Source of the DNA: Alphaproteobacteria bacterium
GTDB lineage: Bacteria; Pseudomonadota; Alphaproteobacteria; Rhodobacterales; Rhodobacteraceae
NCBI GenBank assembly: GCA_030429495.1
Contig: JAUIFH010000012.1
Span: forward strand, 1,896 to 65,895
Direction: 5' to 3'
DNA length: 64,000 nucleotides
This document shows, piece by piece, positions 7,773 through 18,220 of this stretch. The position numbers were made by a program, and so were the translations under genes. The notes below the pieces were generated by a model that saw only the letters and a list, made by a program, of their open reading frames with translations, did not search any database and had not been told where the DNA came from. The number at the start of each line of letters is the position of its first letter. Position 1 is the first letter of the stretch.

Positions 7773-10132
7773 TTGCCCTTCACGCGTTCCTTCGTCGGAT
7801 CGAAATGCGGGAAGGGAACGACCGTCGCCTTCAGCCGCTTCTGATCACCGTCAAGCCGGCCGATTTCAAGCTGCGTGCCGGCCTCGGAATGCGTGACGTC
7901 CACTCGCGCCAGCGCGATGACCTTACCGAGGACCGGCGATTTTACCGCCGAGGTGACGATCCCGATCTGCGGCTTGCCGAAGTGCACGCAATCACCGGGT
8001 GACGGTACGACCCCGCCTTCAAGATCGAGGCCGACCAGCTTCTTCTGGGGGTTCGCCTTGCGCGCCTCAAGCGCCGCGCGCCCGATGAAGTCGTCGGTCT
8101 TGCCCTTGAGCGGCACGGCAAAGCCGATGCCGGCCTCCATCGGATCGGTCTGATCGTCGAATTCGGAACCGGCGAAGATCAGGCCGGATTCGATGCGCAG
8201 CATGTCGAGCGCCTTGAGACCGAGCGGGATCATCCCCAAAGGCTCCCCCACCGCCCAGACCGCGTCGAAGACCGCCTTTGCATCCTTCGGATGGCAGAAG
8301 ACCTCGTAGCCGAGTTCGCCGGAATAGCCGGTGCGGCTGACCACGACACCGGGGCCTTCGAAACCGCCAAGCCGACCGATCGTAAGGCGGAACCATCCAA
8401 GCTCCTCCACCGTCGGCTGTGCCGGCGGCGTCCAGATAACCTCTTTGAGGATGTCGCGCGACAACGGCCCCTGTACGGCGATGTTGCAGTGATGGTCGGT
8501 CGAACCACGCACCCAGGCATTCATCCCGCGTTCCTGCGCCTGCTTGCGCAGCCAGATGCCGGACTGATCGTTGCCGCCGATCCAGCGGAAATTGGTCTCG
8601 CCCAGACGGAACACGGTACCGTCATCGATCATGCCACCATGATCGTAGCACATCGCGGTATAGACGATGCCGCCGACCGGCAGTTTCTTCATGTCCCGGG
8701 TCACGCAGAGCTGCATCAGCGCCTCGGCGTCGGGGCCCGTCACCTCGTATTTGCGCAGCGGCGAAAGGTCCATGACCACGGCTTTCTCGCGTGCCGCCCA
8801 GTATTCGGCGACGGCCCCGTGATTGGTCATCTCGCTCGGAAGCCAGTAGCCGTTGTACTCGACGAAATTGCGCGTGTGCGCGGCAAAGCAGTCGTGGAAA
8901 CCCGTTTTCTTAGTCTCTTCCAAATCAGCCCCCGGAGTTTTGCGCCAGCCAATGGAGCGCTTGAAATCCTCTGTCTTCTCGTAGACCCGCAGTTGAATGT
9001 CCGTCGGGTCCCAGCCGTTGGCCGGGTCGATATCGCAGGGACAGGCGGTGGAAACGCAGACCAGATCGGTCAGCGCCCTGAGCAGGACGTAGTCACCTGG
9101 CCGCGACCACGGATCGTCCATGCCGATTGCATGGGTGTCGTCGAGCAGCGTGTTGAAGAAGAAGTTGATCGCCGGCCACCCGCCACGCGGGCGGATGCCG
9201 TAGGTCGCCAGTTCCCGGTTCATGTTGTCCGAGCAGTTGATATGGCCCGGATAGCCGAGGTCCTCGTAGTAGCGGGCGGTGCAGGAAAGGCCGAACGTGT
9301 CGTGCCGCCCGACGGTGTCCTGAACGATCTCGACCAGCGGCTCATGATCGACGGAGAAGTATTTCGCGTGCAGCCCCGGCATCGGATAGAGCGACCCCAT
9401 GAGGGACCGCGTCGTCGTCGGGTCGATCTCGCGCTCCAGCCCCTTGTCGAGCGCGCGCATCGAAAAGGCCTGGAAGTCCGAGCATTCACGGCCCTGAACG
9501 TCGAGAATCTGAATGAACTGGCCCGCTTTCACGACGTAGGGAACGGCCTGCCCCGGCTGGACGTTGGAGTCGAGCAAGGGGTCGGCAAGCGGATCGGGCG
9601 GCGCCAGACGCGTCTTGCCATCGGGCAGCGTCGCGCGCCGGACATAGAGAACCACGTCGGTCGGTGCCCATTGTTCGTGCGGCTCCATCGGCCCGCCGAC
9701 GGCACAGACCACGAGAAGCCCGTCCAGCGAGGCGACGAATTCCACGAAGTCCCCGGGACGGGACCCTTCATCGAATGCAAGGGTGGCGTCGGCCTTTCCG
9801 AGATCGAAGCCGGCCTTGTCCAGCGCGCGGACAACCCTGGCACCGGACGGGTCGCCAAGCAGCGCCGCTTTCAACCCCGCCGCATCGCGGCCGCCTTTCG
9901 CGCCGATCATCCCGGCGTCGGATCGACCGTCATGGGAGAAGAACACGATTTCAACCGGTTGCAGCCCTTCGCGATCCTGAACCGTGATCCGGTCGCCCTT
10001 GAAGATCGGCACGGCGCGGCTGCCGCCGCCCGGCACGGGATGGCGCTCGACACCCGGCGGCAGGACCGGAAGACCTGGGACCAGGACCCCTGCCCGCTCA
10101 TAGGGCCTTTCGAATACGGACGGCGAATTCAT
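7766..10132 (-). CDS. tdm: Trimethylamine N-oxide demethylase (DUF1989 + GcvT aminomethyltransferase domains)
   Basis: DUF1989 motifs RHDTFGLSC, HINCSDN and STACPCDID (Zn-binding Cys); C-terminal GcvT fold DLSPLRKYEVTG and SRTGYSGELGYE; cluster context. Confidence 0.9.
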   Translation of the reverse strand: MNSPSVFERPYERAGVLVPGLPVLPPGVERHPVPGGGSRAVPIFKGDRITVQDREGLQPVEIVFFSHDGRSDAGMIGAKGGRDAAGLKAALLGDPSGARVVRALDKAGFDLGKADATLAFDEGSRPGDFVEFVASLDGLLVVCAVGGPMEPHEQWAPTDVVLYVRRATLPDGKTRLAPPDPLADPLLDSNVQPGQAVPYVVKAGQFIQILDVQGRECSDFQAFSMRALDKGLEREIDPTTTRSLMGSLYPMPGLHAKYFSVDHEPLVEIVQDTVGRHDTFGLSCTARYYEDLGYPGHINCSDNMNRELATYGIRPRGGWPAINFFFNTLLDDTHAIGMDDPWSRPGDYVLLRALTDLVCVSTACPCDIDPANGWDPTDIQLRVYEKTEDFKRSIGWRKTPGADLEETKKTGFHDCFAAHTRNFVEYNGYWLPSEMTNHGAVAEYWAAREKAVVMDLSPLRKYEVTGPDAEALMQLCVTRDMKKLPVGGIVYTAMCYDHGGMIDDGTVFRLGETNFRWIGGNDQSGIWLRKQAQERGMNAWVRGSTDHHCNIAVQGPLSRDILKEVIWTPPAQPTVEELGWFRLTIGRLGGFEGPGVVVSRTGYSGELGYEVFCHPKDAKAVFDAVWAVGEPLGMIPLGLKALDMLRIESGLIFAGSEFDDQTDPMEAGIGFAVPLKGKTDDFIGRAALEARKANPQKKLVGLDLEGGVVPSPGDCVHFGKPQIGIVTSAVKSPVLGKVIALARVDVTHSEAGTQLEIGRLDGDQKRLKATVVPFPHFDPTKERVKGNY

Positions 10133-10312
10133 GGTACCTGCTCCAGTTGCCCTCTGCCGGGTTGCCGGAGCGATCATGCCAACCTTGGCGCTTATTTCTG
10201 CGTAGAATCTTTGCGGTCTTTGCCTCTAATAAGTGATGGCTAAGTGATGCCGGAGCGTTAGGATCGCTCTGACGACATGCGGCGATCGGCGCTGCGGAGA
10301 AAGAGGACAGTC

Positions 10313-11293
10313 GTGGCAACAGATCGAAGGGATGGCTCCGCAAGGCAGTCGACGGAGCGGCGGAAACCTTTGCCGCCGCTCGACTATCTTCTCGCCTTCG
10401 AGGCGGCGGCGGACAACATGAGCTTTGCGGGCGCCGCGCGGCAGATCAACATCAGCGAGACCGCAATCAGCCGCAAGGTCCGCCTGCTTGAGGCGCATTT
10501 CGGCCTGCCCTTCTTCACGCGCGGGCATCGTTCTATCGAACTCACTCCCTATGGGCGCGAATTCCTCGCGCGGATCGCCCCGGCGATCGAGATGCTGCGC
10601 GAAGCGTCCGACGACGCGCTCAAGACCAGCAAGAACCGGCCCGTCGTTCTGGCCGCCACGAACTCGGTTGCCTCGCTGTGGCTGACCCCGCGCCTGCACC
10701 AGTTCCGGCGCGAGAACAAGCACCTCAGCATCATGCTGATCGCCTCCGACATCGACGACGAATGCCTTGCCGGAACCGTCGATCTGGCCATCCTGCGGGG
10801 CGACGGCAACTGGAAGGGCTTCGATTCACACCTCGTCTTCGGAGAAACGATCTTTCCGGTCTGCTCGCCAGACTTCCTTGCCGATCACCCCGAGGCCAGC
10901 GACGTCAACAGCTTGGCGGCGGCGCCCCTCATAGAAGTGTCCAGCAGCCATACGGAATGGATGAACTGGAAGGGCTGGCTTGAGCGGGTCGGCGCGAAGG
11001 CGCACCGGCTTGAGCGCACGGCGCTTTTCAACACCTACCCCTTGTCCGTTCAGGCGGCGGTGGACGGCGTCGGGGTCGCGCTTGGCTGGGGGCATCTGGT
11101 CGATCAGTTCCTTGCAGAAGGAAAGCTGGTCCGTCCGCTGGGTGATACGCAGGTCCGCACGCGGTTCGGATACTATCTTCTGACGCCGCAGAACCATCCT
11201 GCCTTCCCCAGCCTAATCGAGGTGTCCGACTGGCTGATGAGCGTCAGCGCCGCCCGGACCCGCTATGGCGAACCCGACATCGAAACACCATAG
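10313..11293 (+). CDS. LysR-family regulator (GcvA-like), divergent from tdm
   Basis: LPPLDYLLAFEAAA..SFAGAARQINISETAISRKVRLLE HTH; GTG start after GAGGA. Confidence 0.9.
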   Translation: MATDRRDGSARQSTERRKPLPPLDYLLAFEAAADNMSFAGAARQINISETAISRKVRLLEAHFGLPFFTRGHRSIELTPYGREFLARIAPAIEMLREASDDALKTSKNRPVVLAATNSVASLWLTPRLHQFRRENKHLSIMLIASDIDDECLAGTVDLAILRGDGNWKGFDSHLVFGETIFPVCSPDFLADHPEASDVNSLAAAPLIEVSSSHTEWMNWKGWLERVGAKAHRLERTALFNTYPLSVQAAVDGVGVALGWGHLVDQFLAEGKLVRPLGDTQVRTRFGYYLLTPQNHPAFPSLIEVSDWLMSVSAARTRYGEPDIETP

Positions 11294-11296
11294 GCG

Positions 11297-11323
11297 TGTC
11301 GGAAGTCACTACAAAGTTGTCCG
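11297..11323 (+). promoter_or_regulatory. TGTCGG/TGTCCG direct repeat at 21-bp spacing; candidate AraC(GlxA)-type activator site
   Basis: TGTCGGAAGTCACTACAAAGT-TGTCCGAA upstream of soxB. Confidence 0.4.
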
Positions 11324-11386
11324 AACCGGCGCTGTCCGGCTGACACCGATCCGTGCACCTTGGGACCGAACTGTTCCGAGGTTGAT

Positions 11387-12640
11387 ATGCGCTATTCGGG
11401 CTTCAAGGTCCTCAAGGAAGCACTGACCGGCCACAAGGGCTGGCAGCCGGCATGGCGCGACCCCGCGCCGAAGGCCCACTACGATTTCGTCGTCGTGGGC
11501 GGCGGCGGTCACGGACTCGCCACGGCGCACTATCTTGCCAAGGTCTTCGGACGGTCGAGTGTCGCTGTCCTGGAGAAGGGCTGGATCGGCGGCGGCAATG
11601 TCGGGCGCAACACGACCATCATCCGATCGAACTACCTTCTCGACGGGAACGAGCCGTTCTACGAATTCTCGATGAAGCTCTGGGAGGGGCTGGAGCAGGA
11701 TTTCAACTTCAACGCGATGGTCAGCCAGCGCGGCGTGTTGAACCTGTGCCACACCGACGCCCAGCGCGACGCGTTCCGGCGGCGCGGCAATGCGATGCGG
11801 CTGAACGGCGTCGATGCCGAGTTGCTGGATACCGAGGGCGTGCGCCGGATGGCGCCGTTCCTCAACTTCGATAGCGCGCGCTTTCCGATCAAGGGCGGGC
11901 TTTTGCAACCGCGCGGCGGCACGGTCCGCCACGATGCGGTTGCCTGGGGCTATGCCCGGGGCGCTGACAGCCGCGGCGTCGATATCATCCAGAATTGCGA
12001 GGTCACCGGCTTCCGGATCGAGAACGGCAAATGCCTCGGCGTCGATACCACGCGCGGATTCATCGGCGCGGGCAAGGTCGGCGTGGCGGTTGCGGGGTCT
12101 TCGGGCCGCGTGATGGCGATGGCGGGGATCAACCGCCTGCCGATCGAAAGCCATGTCTTGCAGGCGTTCGTCTCCGAAGGCCTTAAGCCGCTCCTGCCCG
12201 GCGTCATCACCTATGGCGCGGGGCACTTCTACGTGAGTCAGTCCGACAAGGGCGGCCTTGTCTTCGGCGGCGATATCGACGGCTACAACTCCTACGCCCA
12301 GCGCGGCAACCTGCCAGTGGTCGAGGATGTCTGCGAAGGTGGCATGAGCCTGATGCCGATGATCGGCCGGGCGCGGCTTCTGCGCATGTGGGGCGGGATC
12401 ATGGACATGTCGATGGACGGCTCTCCGATCATAGACCGGACCGATATTGACGGTCTCTATTTCAACGGCGGCTGGTGCTACGGCGGCTTCAAGGCGACCC
12501 CGGCGAGCGGATGGTGTTTCGCGCATCTTCTGGCCACGGACCGCCCACACGAAACCGCTACGGCCTATCGTTTCGACCGGTTCCGCAAGGGGCTGATGAT
12601 CGACGAAAAAGGCATGGGCGCGCAGCCCAACTTGCACTGA
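11387..12640 (+). CDS. soxB: Sarcosine oxidase beta-family subunit; probably N-methylglutamate dehydrogenase MgdA
   Basis: VVGGGGHGLATA FAD motif, GRNTTIIRSNY, GGWCYGGFKATP. Confidence 0.93.
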   Translation: MRYSGFKVLKEALTGHKGWQPAWRDPAPKAHYDFVVVGGGGHGLATAHYLAKVFGRSSVAVLEKGWIGGGNVGRNTTIIRSNYLLDGNEPFYEFSMKLWEGLEQDFNFNAMVSQRGVLNLCHTDAQRDAFRRRGNAMRLNGVDAELLDTEGVRRMAPFLNFDSARFPIKGGLLQPRGGTVRHDAVAWGYARGADSRGVDIIQNCEVTGFRIENGKCLGVDTTRGFIGAGKVGVAVAGSSGRVMAMAGINRLPIESHVLQAFVSEGLKPLLPGVITYGAGHFYVSQSDKGGLVFGGDIDGYNSYAQRGNLPVVEDVCEGGMSLMPMIGRARLLRMWGGIMDMSMDGSPIIDRTDIDGLYFNGGWCYGGFKATPASGWCFAHLLATDRPHETATAYRFDRFRKGLMIDEKGMGAQPNLH

Positions 12641-12650
12641 GGATACCAAG

Positions 12651-12938
12651 ATGATTATCCCCCACCCCCTGCTCGGTCCCCGCGACTCCCAGGAGTTCAC
12701 CTATCTCGGCGACGCGGACCTGATCGACCGGCCGGACTGGCAGGCGGAAAACGCGGCCGACCGCTTCTACGAATACCTCTACCTGCGCGACAACCCGGCG
12801 GGCGAACACCGCGAACTCTGGTTCCACGAACAGGGTGACCGCAGCTGGCTTGTCGTGACGCGCGACACGGTCACGCATGAAATCTCGAAGGTCGAACTCG
12901 CCCGCGACGTGGCGCGCGCAAGGGGGCGCAGCAAATGA
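12651..12938 (+). CDS. soxD: Sarcosine oxidase delta subunit (MgdB)
   Basis: HPLLGPRDSQEF..YLYLRDNPAGEHRELWFH..WLVVTRDT. Confidence 0.92.
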   Translation: MIIPHPLLGPRDSQEFTYLGDADLIDRPDWQAENAADRFYEYLYLRDNPAGEHRELWFHEQGDRSWLVVTRDTVTHEISKVELARDVARARGRSK

Positions 12939-15892
12939 GCCAGTCACACCGGATCGACGGCGGCCTGATCGACCGCTCCCGCGCCCTGCATTTCCGCTTC
13001 AACGGAAAGACCTATCAGGGACATCCCGGCGACACGCTCGCCTCGGCGCTTCTCGCCAATGGCGTACGGCTGATGGGGCGGTCGTTCAAATACCACCGCC
13101 CTCGGGGGCCGATCTCGGCCGGGTCGGAGGAACCGAACGCGCTGGTCGAACTCAGGTCCGGCGCGCGGCAGGAACCGAACACGCGTGCGACGACGGCCGA
13201 GCTTTTCGACGGGCTCGATGCACGCAGCCAGAACCATGTCGGCCCGCTTTCGTTTGACCTGCTGGCGGTGAACGACCGCCTCTCGCCCTTCTTCGCGGCG
13301 GGCTTCTACTACAAGACCTTCATGTGGCCCAAGGCGTTCTGGGAAAAGCTCTACGAACCGATGATCCGTCGCGCCGCTGGTCTCGGCAGCCTGACGAAAG
13401 AGGCGGACCCGGACCTTTATGACAAGGGGTTTCTGCACTGTGATCTGCTGATCATCGGCGGCGGCCCCGCCGGCCTTGCGGCGGCGCTGACCGCCGGCAG
13501 GGCGGGCGCGAACGTCATCCTCGCGGACGAGGACTTTGTCCTCGGCGGCCGCCTGAACGCTGAAACTTTCACGCTTGGCGACGCCTCGGGTTCGGACTGG
13601 GCGAGCGCCACCGTGGCAGAGCTGGCAGCGATGCCGAATGTCCGCGTGATGGCCCGAACGACGGTTCTCGGCGCGTTCGATCACGGTATCTTCGGCGCGT
13701 TGGAGCGCGTATCCGACCACCTGCTGCAACCCGCCGCGGGAAAGCCGCGCCAGATCCTGTGGCGGATCTATGCGGGCCGGAGCCTTCTGTGCGCCGGCGC
13801 CACCGAGCGCCCGATCGCCTTTGAGAACAATGACCGGCCCGGCATCATGCTCGCCTCCGCCTTGCGGAGCTATGCGAACCGCTGGGCGGCGCTTCCCGGC
13901 AAGGAAGTCGCGATCTTCACCAACAACGACGACGGCCATCGGACCGCGACCGACCTGCTTGCGAAGGGCATCAAGGTCGCCGCCGTCATCGACAGCCGCA
14001 AGACCGACGCGCCACGAACGAACCGCTACGAGGTTCTGGCGGGCGCCTTGGTCAGCGGCGCGTCCGGCCGGCTGGGGCTGAGCGGGGTCGAGGTCCGGCT
14101 GCCGGGTGGCGAGACGCGGACGATCGCCTGTCAGGCGCTTGGCGTTTCCGGCGGCTGGAACCCCAACGTCCACCTTACGTGTCACCAGCGCGGCCGGCCC
14201 GTCTGGGACGAGGCGCTTGCCGCCTTCGTGCCCGGTGGCGTGCTGCCCGCCGGCATGTCCGTCGCGGGTGCCGCGGCAGGCACCCTGTCCACCGCCGGCG
14301 CGCTTTCCTCCGGCGCGGCCGGGGCGGTCAAGGCACTGGCCGACCTTGGCATCAGGGCAAAACCCGCCGACCTGCCCGAGGCAGAGGACGCCCCGGTGCG
14401 GATCGCACCCCTGTTCCACGTTCCGGGCAAGGGGCGCGCCTGGCTCGACCAACAGAACGACGTGACCGTGAAGGATGTGAAGCTCGCCCATCAGGAAGGC
14501 TATGTCTCGGTCGAGCATCTCAAGCGCTACACGACGCTTGGCATGGCCACCGATCAGGGCAAGACGGCCAATATCGGCGGGCTTGCCGTCATGGCCGAAA
14601 TGACGGGCAAGTCGATCCCCGAAACCGGCACGACGATCTTCCGCCCGCCCTACACGCCGGTGGCGATCGGCGCGCTTGCCGGGCGGTCGGCGGGCAAGGA
14701 TTTCCGGCCGACACGGCTCACGCCCAGTCACAAATGGGCGGCCGAGCAAGGCGCAGTCTTCGTCGAGGTCGGGATGTGGCTCCGCGCCCAGTGGTTCCCG
14801 CGGCCGGGTGAGACCCACTGGCGGCAATCGGTCGACCGCGAGGTTCTGGCAACGCGCAAGTCGGTCGGCATCTGCGACGTGACCACGCTTGGCAAGATCG
14901 ACGTGCAGGGCACGGACGCGGCAGAGTTCCTGAACCGCATCTACGCCAACCCATTCGCCAAGCTTGCCGTGGGCAAGGTCCGCTACGGGCTGATGCTGCG
15001 CGAGGACGGGATGGCGATGGACGACGGCACGACCGCGCGTCTGGCCGAGGATCATTTCGTGATGACCACGACCACGGCCAACGCGGTCGGCGTCTATCGT
15101 CACATGGAGTTCTGCCGCCAGTGCCTCTGGCCGGACATGGACGTTCAGATCATCTCCACCACCGAGGCCTGGGCGCAATACTCCGTTGCCGGCCCGAATG
15201 CGCGCCGGCTTCTCCAGAAGATCATCGACCCGGCCTTCGACATCTCGAACGAGGCCTTCCCGTATATGGGCTGTGGTGAAATCACCGTCTGCGGCGGTCT
15301 TCGGGCGCGGCTCTTCCGCATCTCGTTCTCCGGCGAACTGGCCTTCGAGATCGCGGTGCCCACGCGCTACGGCGACGCACTCATCAGGCGCATGGTCGAG
15401 GCGGGGAAGGAATTCGATGCGGTCGTCTACGGGACCGAGGCGCTTGGCGTCATGCGGATCGAGAAGGGCCACGCGGCGGGGAACGAGCTGAACGGCACAA
15501 GCACAGCGCTGAACCTCGGCATGGGCGGGATGGTGTCCAAGAAGAAGGATTCGATCGGTTCGACCCTGTCCGAACGCGAAGGGCTGAACCGCGAGGACGC
15601 GCTCGGTCTAGTGGGCTTCCGGCCGGTCAACCCGGCCGAGACCTTCGCCGCCGGATCGCACCTGATCGGCAAGGGCGATGTCGCGAATGCCGCCAACGAT
15701 CAAGGCTACCTGACCTCTGTCTGCTTTTCACCAAACCTCGGCTATACGATCGGGCTTGGCTATCTCAAGAACGGGGCGGCACGGAAGGGCGAGGTCCTGC
15801 GCGCCGTGAACCCGGTTCAGAACGCCGAGACGCTTGTCGAAGTCGTCAGCGCCCATTTTGTCGATCCAGAGGGGGAACGCCTCCGTGCATGA
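12935..15892 (+). CDS. soxA: Sarcosine oxidase alpha subunit (MgdC)
   Basis: GDTLASALLANG, RSFKYHRPRG, EHLKRYTTLGMATDQGKT; C-terminal GcvT fold. Confidence 0.95.
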   Translation: MSQSHRIDGGLIDRSRALHFRFNGKTYQGHPGDTLASALLANGVRLMGRSFKYHRPRGPISAGSEEPNALVELRSGARQEPNTRATTAELFDGLDARSQNHVGPLSFDLLAVNDRLSPFFAAGFYYKTFMWPKAFWEKLYEPMIRRAAGLGSLTKEADPDLYDKGFLHCDLLIIGGGPAGLAAALTAGRAGANVILADEDFVLGGRLNAETFTLGDASGSDWASATVAELAAMPNVRVMARTTVLGAFDHGIFGALERVSDHLLQPAAGKPRQILWRIYAGRSLLCAGATERPIAFENNDRPGIMLASALRSYANRWAALPGKEVAIFTNNDDGHRTATDLLAKGIKVAAVIDSRKTDAPRTNRYEVLAGALVSGASGRLGLSGVEVRLPGGETRTIACQALGVSGGWNPNVHLTCHQRGRPVWDEALAAFVPGGVLPAGMSVAGAAAGTLSTAGALSSGAAGAVKALADLGIRAKPADLPEAEDAPVRIAPLFHVPGKGRAWLDQQNDVTVKDVKLAHQEGYVSVEHLKRYTTLGMATDQGKTANIGGLAVMAEMTGKSIPETGTTIFRPPYTPVAIGALAGRSAGKDFRPTRLTPSHKWAAEQGAVFVEVGMWLRAQWFPRPGETHWRQSVDREVLATRKSVGICDVTTLGKIDVQGTDAAEFLNRIYANPFAKLAVGKVRYGLMLREDGMAMDDGTTARLAEDHFVMTTTTANAVGVYRHMEFCRQCLWPDMDVQIISTTEAWAQYSVAGPNARRLLQKIIDPAFDISNEAFPYMGCGEITVCGGLRARLFRISFSGELAFEIAVPTRYGDALIRRMVEAGKEFDAVVYGTEALGVMRIEKGHAAGNELNGTSTALNLGMGGMVSKKKDSIGSTLSEREGLNREDALGLVGFRPVNPAETFAAGSHLIGKGDVANAANDQGYLTSVCFSPNLGYTIGLGYLKNGAARKGEVLRAVNPVQNAETLVEVVSAHFVDPEGERLRA

Positions 15893-16448
15893 TCTTGCAG
15901 CCCTTACGCCACTTAGCGCGACCGAACCGAGAATCGAGCGCATCGGCGCGATCCGGATCGTAGAGGTGACCGACCGTTCGCTCGCCTCCCTCACCTGCCG
16001 TTCGGGCAAGTCCCGGCCGTTCGAGGCTGCGGCGAAGGCCCTGTTCGGCGGCGCCCTGCCCGCGCCCGGAGCCTGGTTCGAAGGCGCCCCCTTCAGCCTG
16101 ATCTGGACCGGACCGGAACAATGGTTCGTCGAAGCTTCATTCGCGACGCACGAAGATATCGCGCGGATATTGAAAGAGCCGTTCGGCGACGCGGCTTCGG
16201 TTACCGAGCAGACCGACGGCTGGGTGCGCTTCGATCTTGAGGGGACACCCGTCGTCGACATGCTGGAACGGCTGTGTCCGGTTCCGTCGCGCCGGATGAA
16301 GAACGACGCCGCGACGCGCACGATGATCGAGCATGTAGGATGCCTGGTGCTGCGCCGTGCTGCGGATCGATTCAGCGTGATCGCACCAAGATCGTTCGCC
16401 GGATCGCTGCACCACGCACTTTGCGCGGCAGCCACCAGCATCGCCTGA
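15885..16448 (+). CDS. soxG: Sarcosine oxidase gamma subunit (MgdD)
   Basis: WTGPEQWFV, VTEQTDGWVRF, PRSFAGSL; GTG start overlapping soxA. Confidence 0.85.
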   Translation: MHDLAALTPLSATEPRIERIGAIRIVEVTDRSLASLTCRSGKSRPFEAAAKALFGGALPAPGAWFEGAPFSLIWTGPEQWFVEASFATHEDIARILKEPFGDAASVTEQTDGWVRFDLEGTPVVDMLERLCPVPSRRMKNDAATRTMIEHVGCLVLRRAADRFSVIAPRSFAGSLHHALCAAATSIA

Positions 16449-16453
16449 CGCGT

Positions 16454-17461
16454 TCAGGCCGAGGGAAGCGGCCGGTTATCCTCGACCCGGAAGCGGTTGA
16501 TCGTGTTACGATCCTCCGCCGGGCTGACGCCGAATTCCTCGCGGTAGTGTCGCATCAGCGGCGGGACCGTTTCATATCCGACGGCCGCCGCGATGCGAGA
16601 GATGGATTCCTTAGAGAAAAGAACAAGTTGCCGCGCGGCCTTCATCCTGAGCGTGCGGTAATACCGAGAAGGGCTCTGTCCCGTCGCCTTCTTGAACTGC
16701 CGCTCAAGTTGCCGGGGCGAGACGCCAACCGTTTCGGCCAGCTCCTCGACCGCGATCGGGTCGGAGACGTGCCTGCCGAGGATCTCGACCGCCTTCGACA
16801 CCGGCGCGGGCAGAAGATCGGCTGTGCTTTCGCGCCGGAAAGTCGGGGTCTTCTGCCGGATGCCCTTGCCCCGCACGACCGGATGCTGGAACCAGCAGGC
16901 GACCTCGGTCGCGACATCGGCGCCAAGCCGGCCCTCGATGAAGTTCAGCATCAGGTCGAACGATGCCGCCGCGCCCGATACCGTATAGCGCGGGTGATCG
17001 AAGACGATGACATCGTCACGCATCTCATGCTCCGGGAATTCCTGCGCAAAGGCAGCCTCGTAGCACCAGTGAACGGATACGGCATGACCGTCGAGCAGCC
17101 CGGACCGCGCCAGCGGAAAGACGCCGCCGCTGACACCGCCAACGGCTGTTCCATGCCGCGCGAGGCGCCGCAGATGCCCCTCGGCCGCCTTGCGGTCGAC
17201 GAACCGCGCCATCGGGCTGCTCAGCACGAACAGGTAGTCAAGACCGGCCGCCTCCGCCAGCGTCAGGTCCGGATCGAACGTGACCTGGGCACTGGATGCG
17301 ACACGTTCCCCCGTCTCCGAGAGAATCCGCCATTTGAATGCCCGGCAAGCCGCAATCTCGTTGGCAGCACGAAGGGGTTCGATCATCGACGTCAGGCATG
17401 ACATAGGAAATCCTGGGAAAATCAGGAATCCGATCGTTATTTCTCGTTGCTCAGGACACAT
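16454..17461 (-). CDS. GlxA/FtrA-family AraC regulator (GATase-like + AraC HTH)
   Basis: MIEPLRAANE, LARSGLLDGH..VHW, VGVSPRQLERQF. Confidence 0.9.
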   Translation of the reverse strand: MCPEQREITIGFLIFPGFPMSCLTSMIEPLRAANEIAACRAFKWRILSETGERVASSAQVTFDPDLTLAEAAGLDYLFVLSSPMARFVDRKAAEGHLRRLARHGTAVGGVSGGVFPLARSGLLDGHAVSVHWCYEAAFAQEFPEHEMRDDVIVFDHPRYTVSGAAASFDLMLNFIEGRLGADVATEVACWFQHPVVRGKGIRQKTPTFRRESTADLLPAPVSKAVEILGRHVSDPIAVEELAETVGVSPRQLERQFKKATGQSPSRYYRTLRMKAARQLVLFSKESISRIAAAVGYETVPPLMRHYREEFGVSPAEDRNTINRFRVEDNRPLPSA

Positions 17462-17587
17462 TTGAATTTTACCATCAGGAAACATAACTATGGACGTGAC
17501 GGTGTTCCGGCGGGCATAGTTGCAAACGGTCCGGTAACGGGATTCCGTCTTTCGCCTGAACGTTACTAGGCATCATCGGGAGTTTGT

Positions 17588-18217
17588 ATGAGCGCGGCAC
17601 TATTGGCACAAGACCCTCACAAGGTCCGGGAAGAACGCGAAAACATCCTTGAAGTCGCGATCGGTCGCGAAGTTCGGGCCTTTCGCTATCAAAGCGGGAT
17701 GACCATCGCCGATCTTTCCAACCGCACAGGCCTGTCGATCGGGATGCTCTCGAAGATCGAGAACGGCAACACCTCGCCCTCCCTCTCGACGCTGCAGGCC
17801 CTGTCCCACGCGATGAGCGTACCGCTGACGTCGTTCTTCCGCAGGTTCGAGGATGTCCATCTGGCCGTTCATACCAAGGCCGGCGAAGGCATGGAGATCG
17901 AGCGGCGCGGCACGCGGGCGGGCCACCAGTACAACCTGCTGGGCCACTTGGGTGCGACCACGACGGGCGTGGTCGTCGAACCCTATCTCATCACCCTGAC
18001 CTCGGATTCCGACGTGTTCCCGACCTTCCAGCATGAAGGCATCGAAATGCTCTACATGCTGGAGGGCGAAGTGGACTACCGGCATGGCAACAACGTCTAC
18101 CCACTCAAACCCGGCGACACGCTGTTCTTCGATGCCGACGCGCCGCACGGGCCGGAGGTTCTTGTCAAACTCCCGGCCCGCTACCTGTCGATCATTTCCT
18201 ATGTGCAGGGCAAATAG
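17588..18217 (+). CDS. XRE-family HTH + cupin transcriptional regulator
   Basis: LSIGMLSKIENGNTSPSL HTH; FQHEGIEMLYMLEG and FFDADAPHGP cupin motifs. Confidence 0.9.
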   Translation: MSAALLAQDPHKVREERENILEVAIGREVRAFRYQSGMTIADLSNRTGLSIGMLSKIENGNTSPSLSTLQALSHAMSVPLTSFFRRFEDVHLAVHTKAGEGMEIERRGTRAGHQYNLLGHLGATTTGVVVEPYLITLTSDSDVFPTFQHEGIEMLYMLEGEVDYRHGNNVYPLKPGDTLFFDADAPHGPEVLVKLPARYLSIISYVQGK

Positions 18218-18220
18218 GCC

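Noticed and set aside
10186..10203. Sigma54-like TGGCGC-TTATT-TCTGC near tdm/LysR (and a similar site near 4222)
   Set aside because: Spacing is off by one from the strict GG-N10-GC.
12944..15472. 842-aa antisense ORF over soxA (likewise 658-2361, 8291-10243, 33940-35736, 45142-47388, 56753-58795)
   Set aside because: Shadow ORFs expected from high-GC codon bias; no recognisable motifs, and they overlap well-supported genes.
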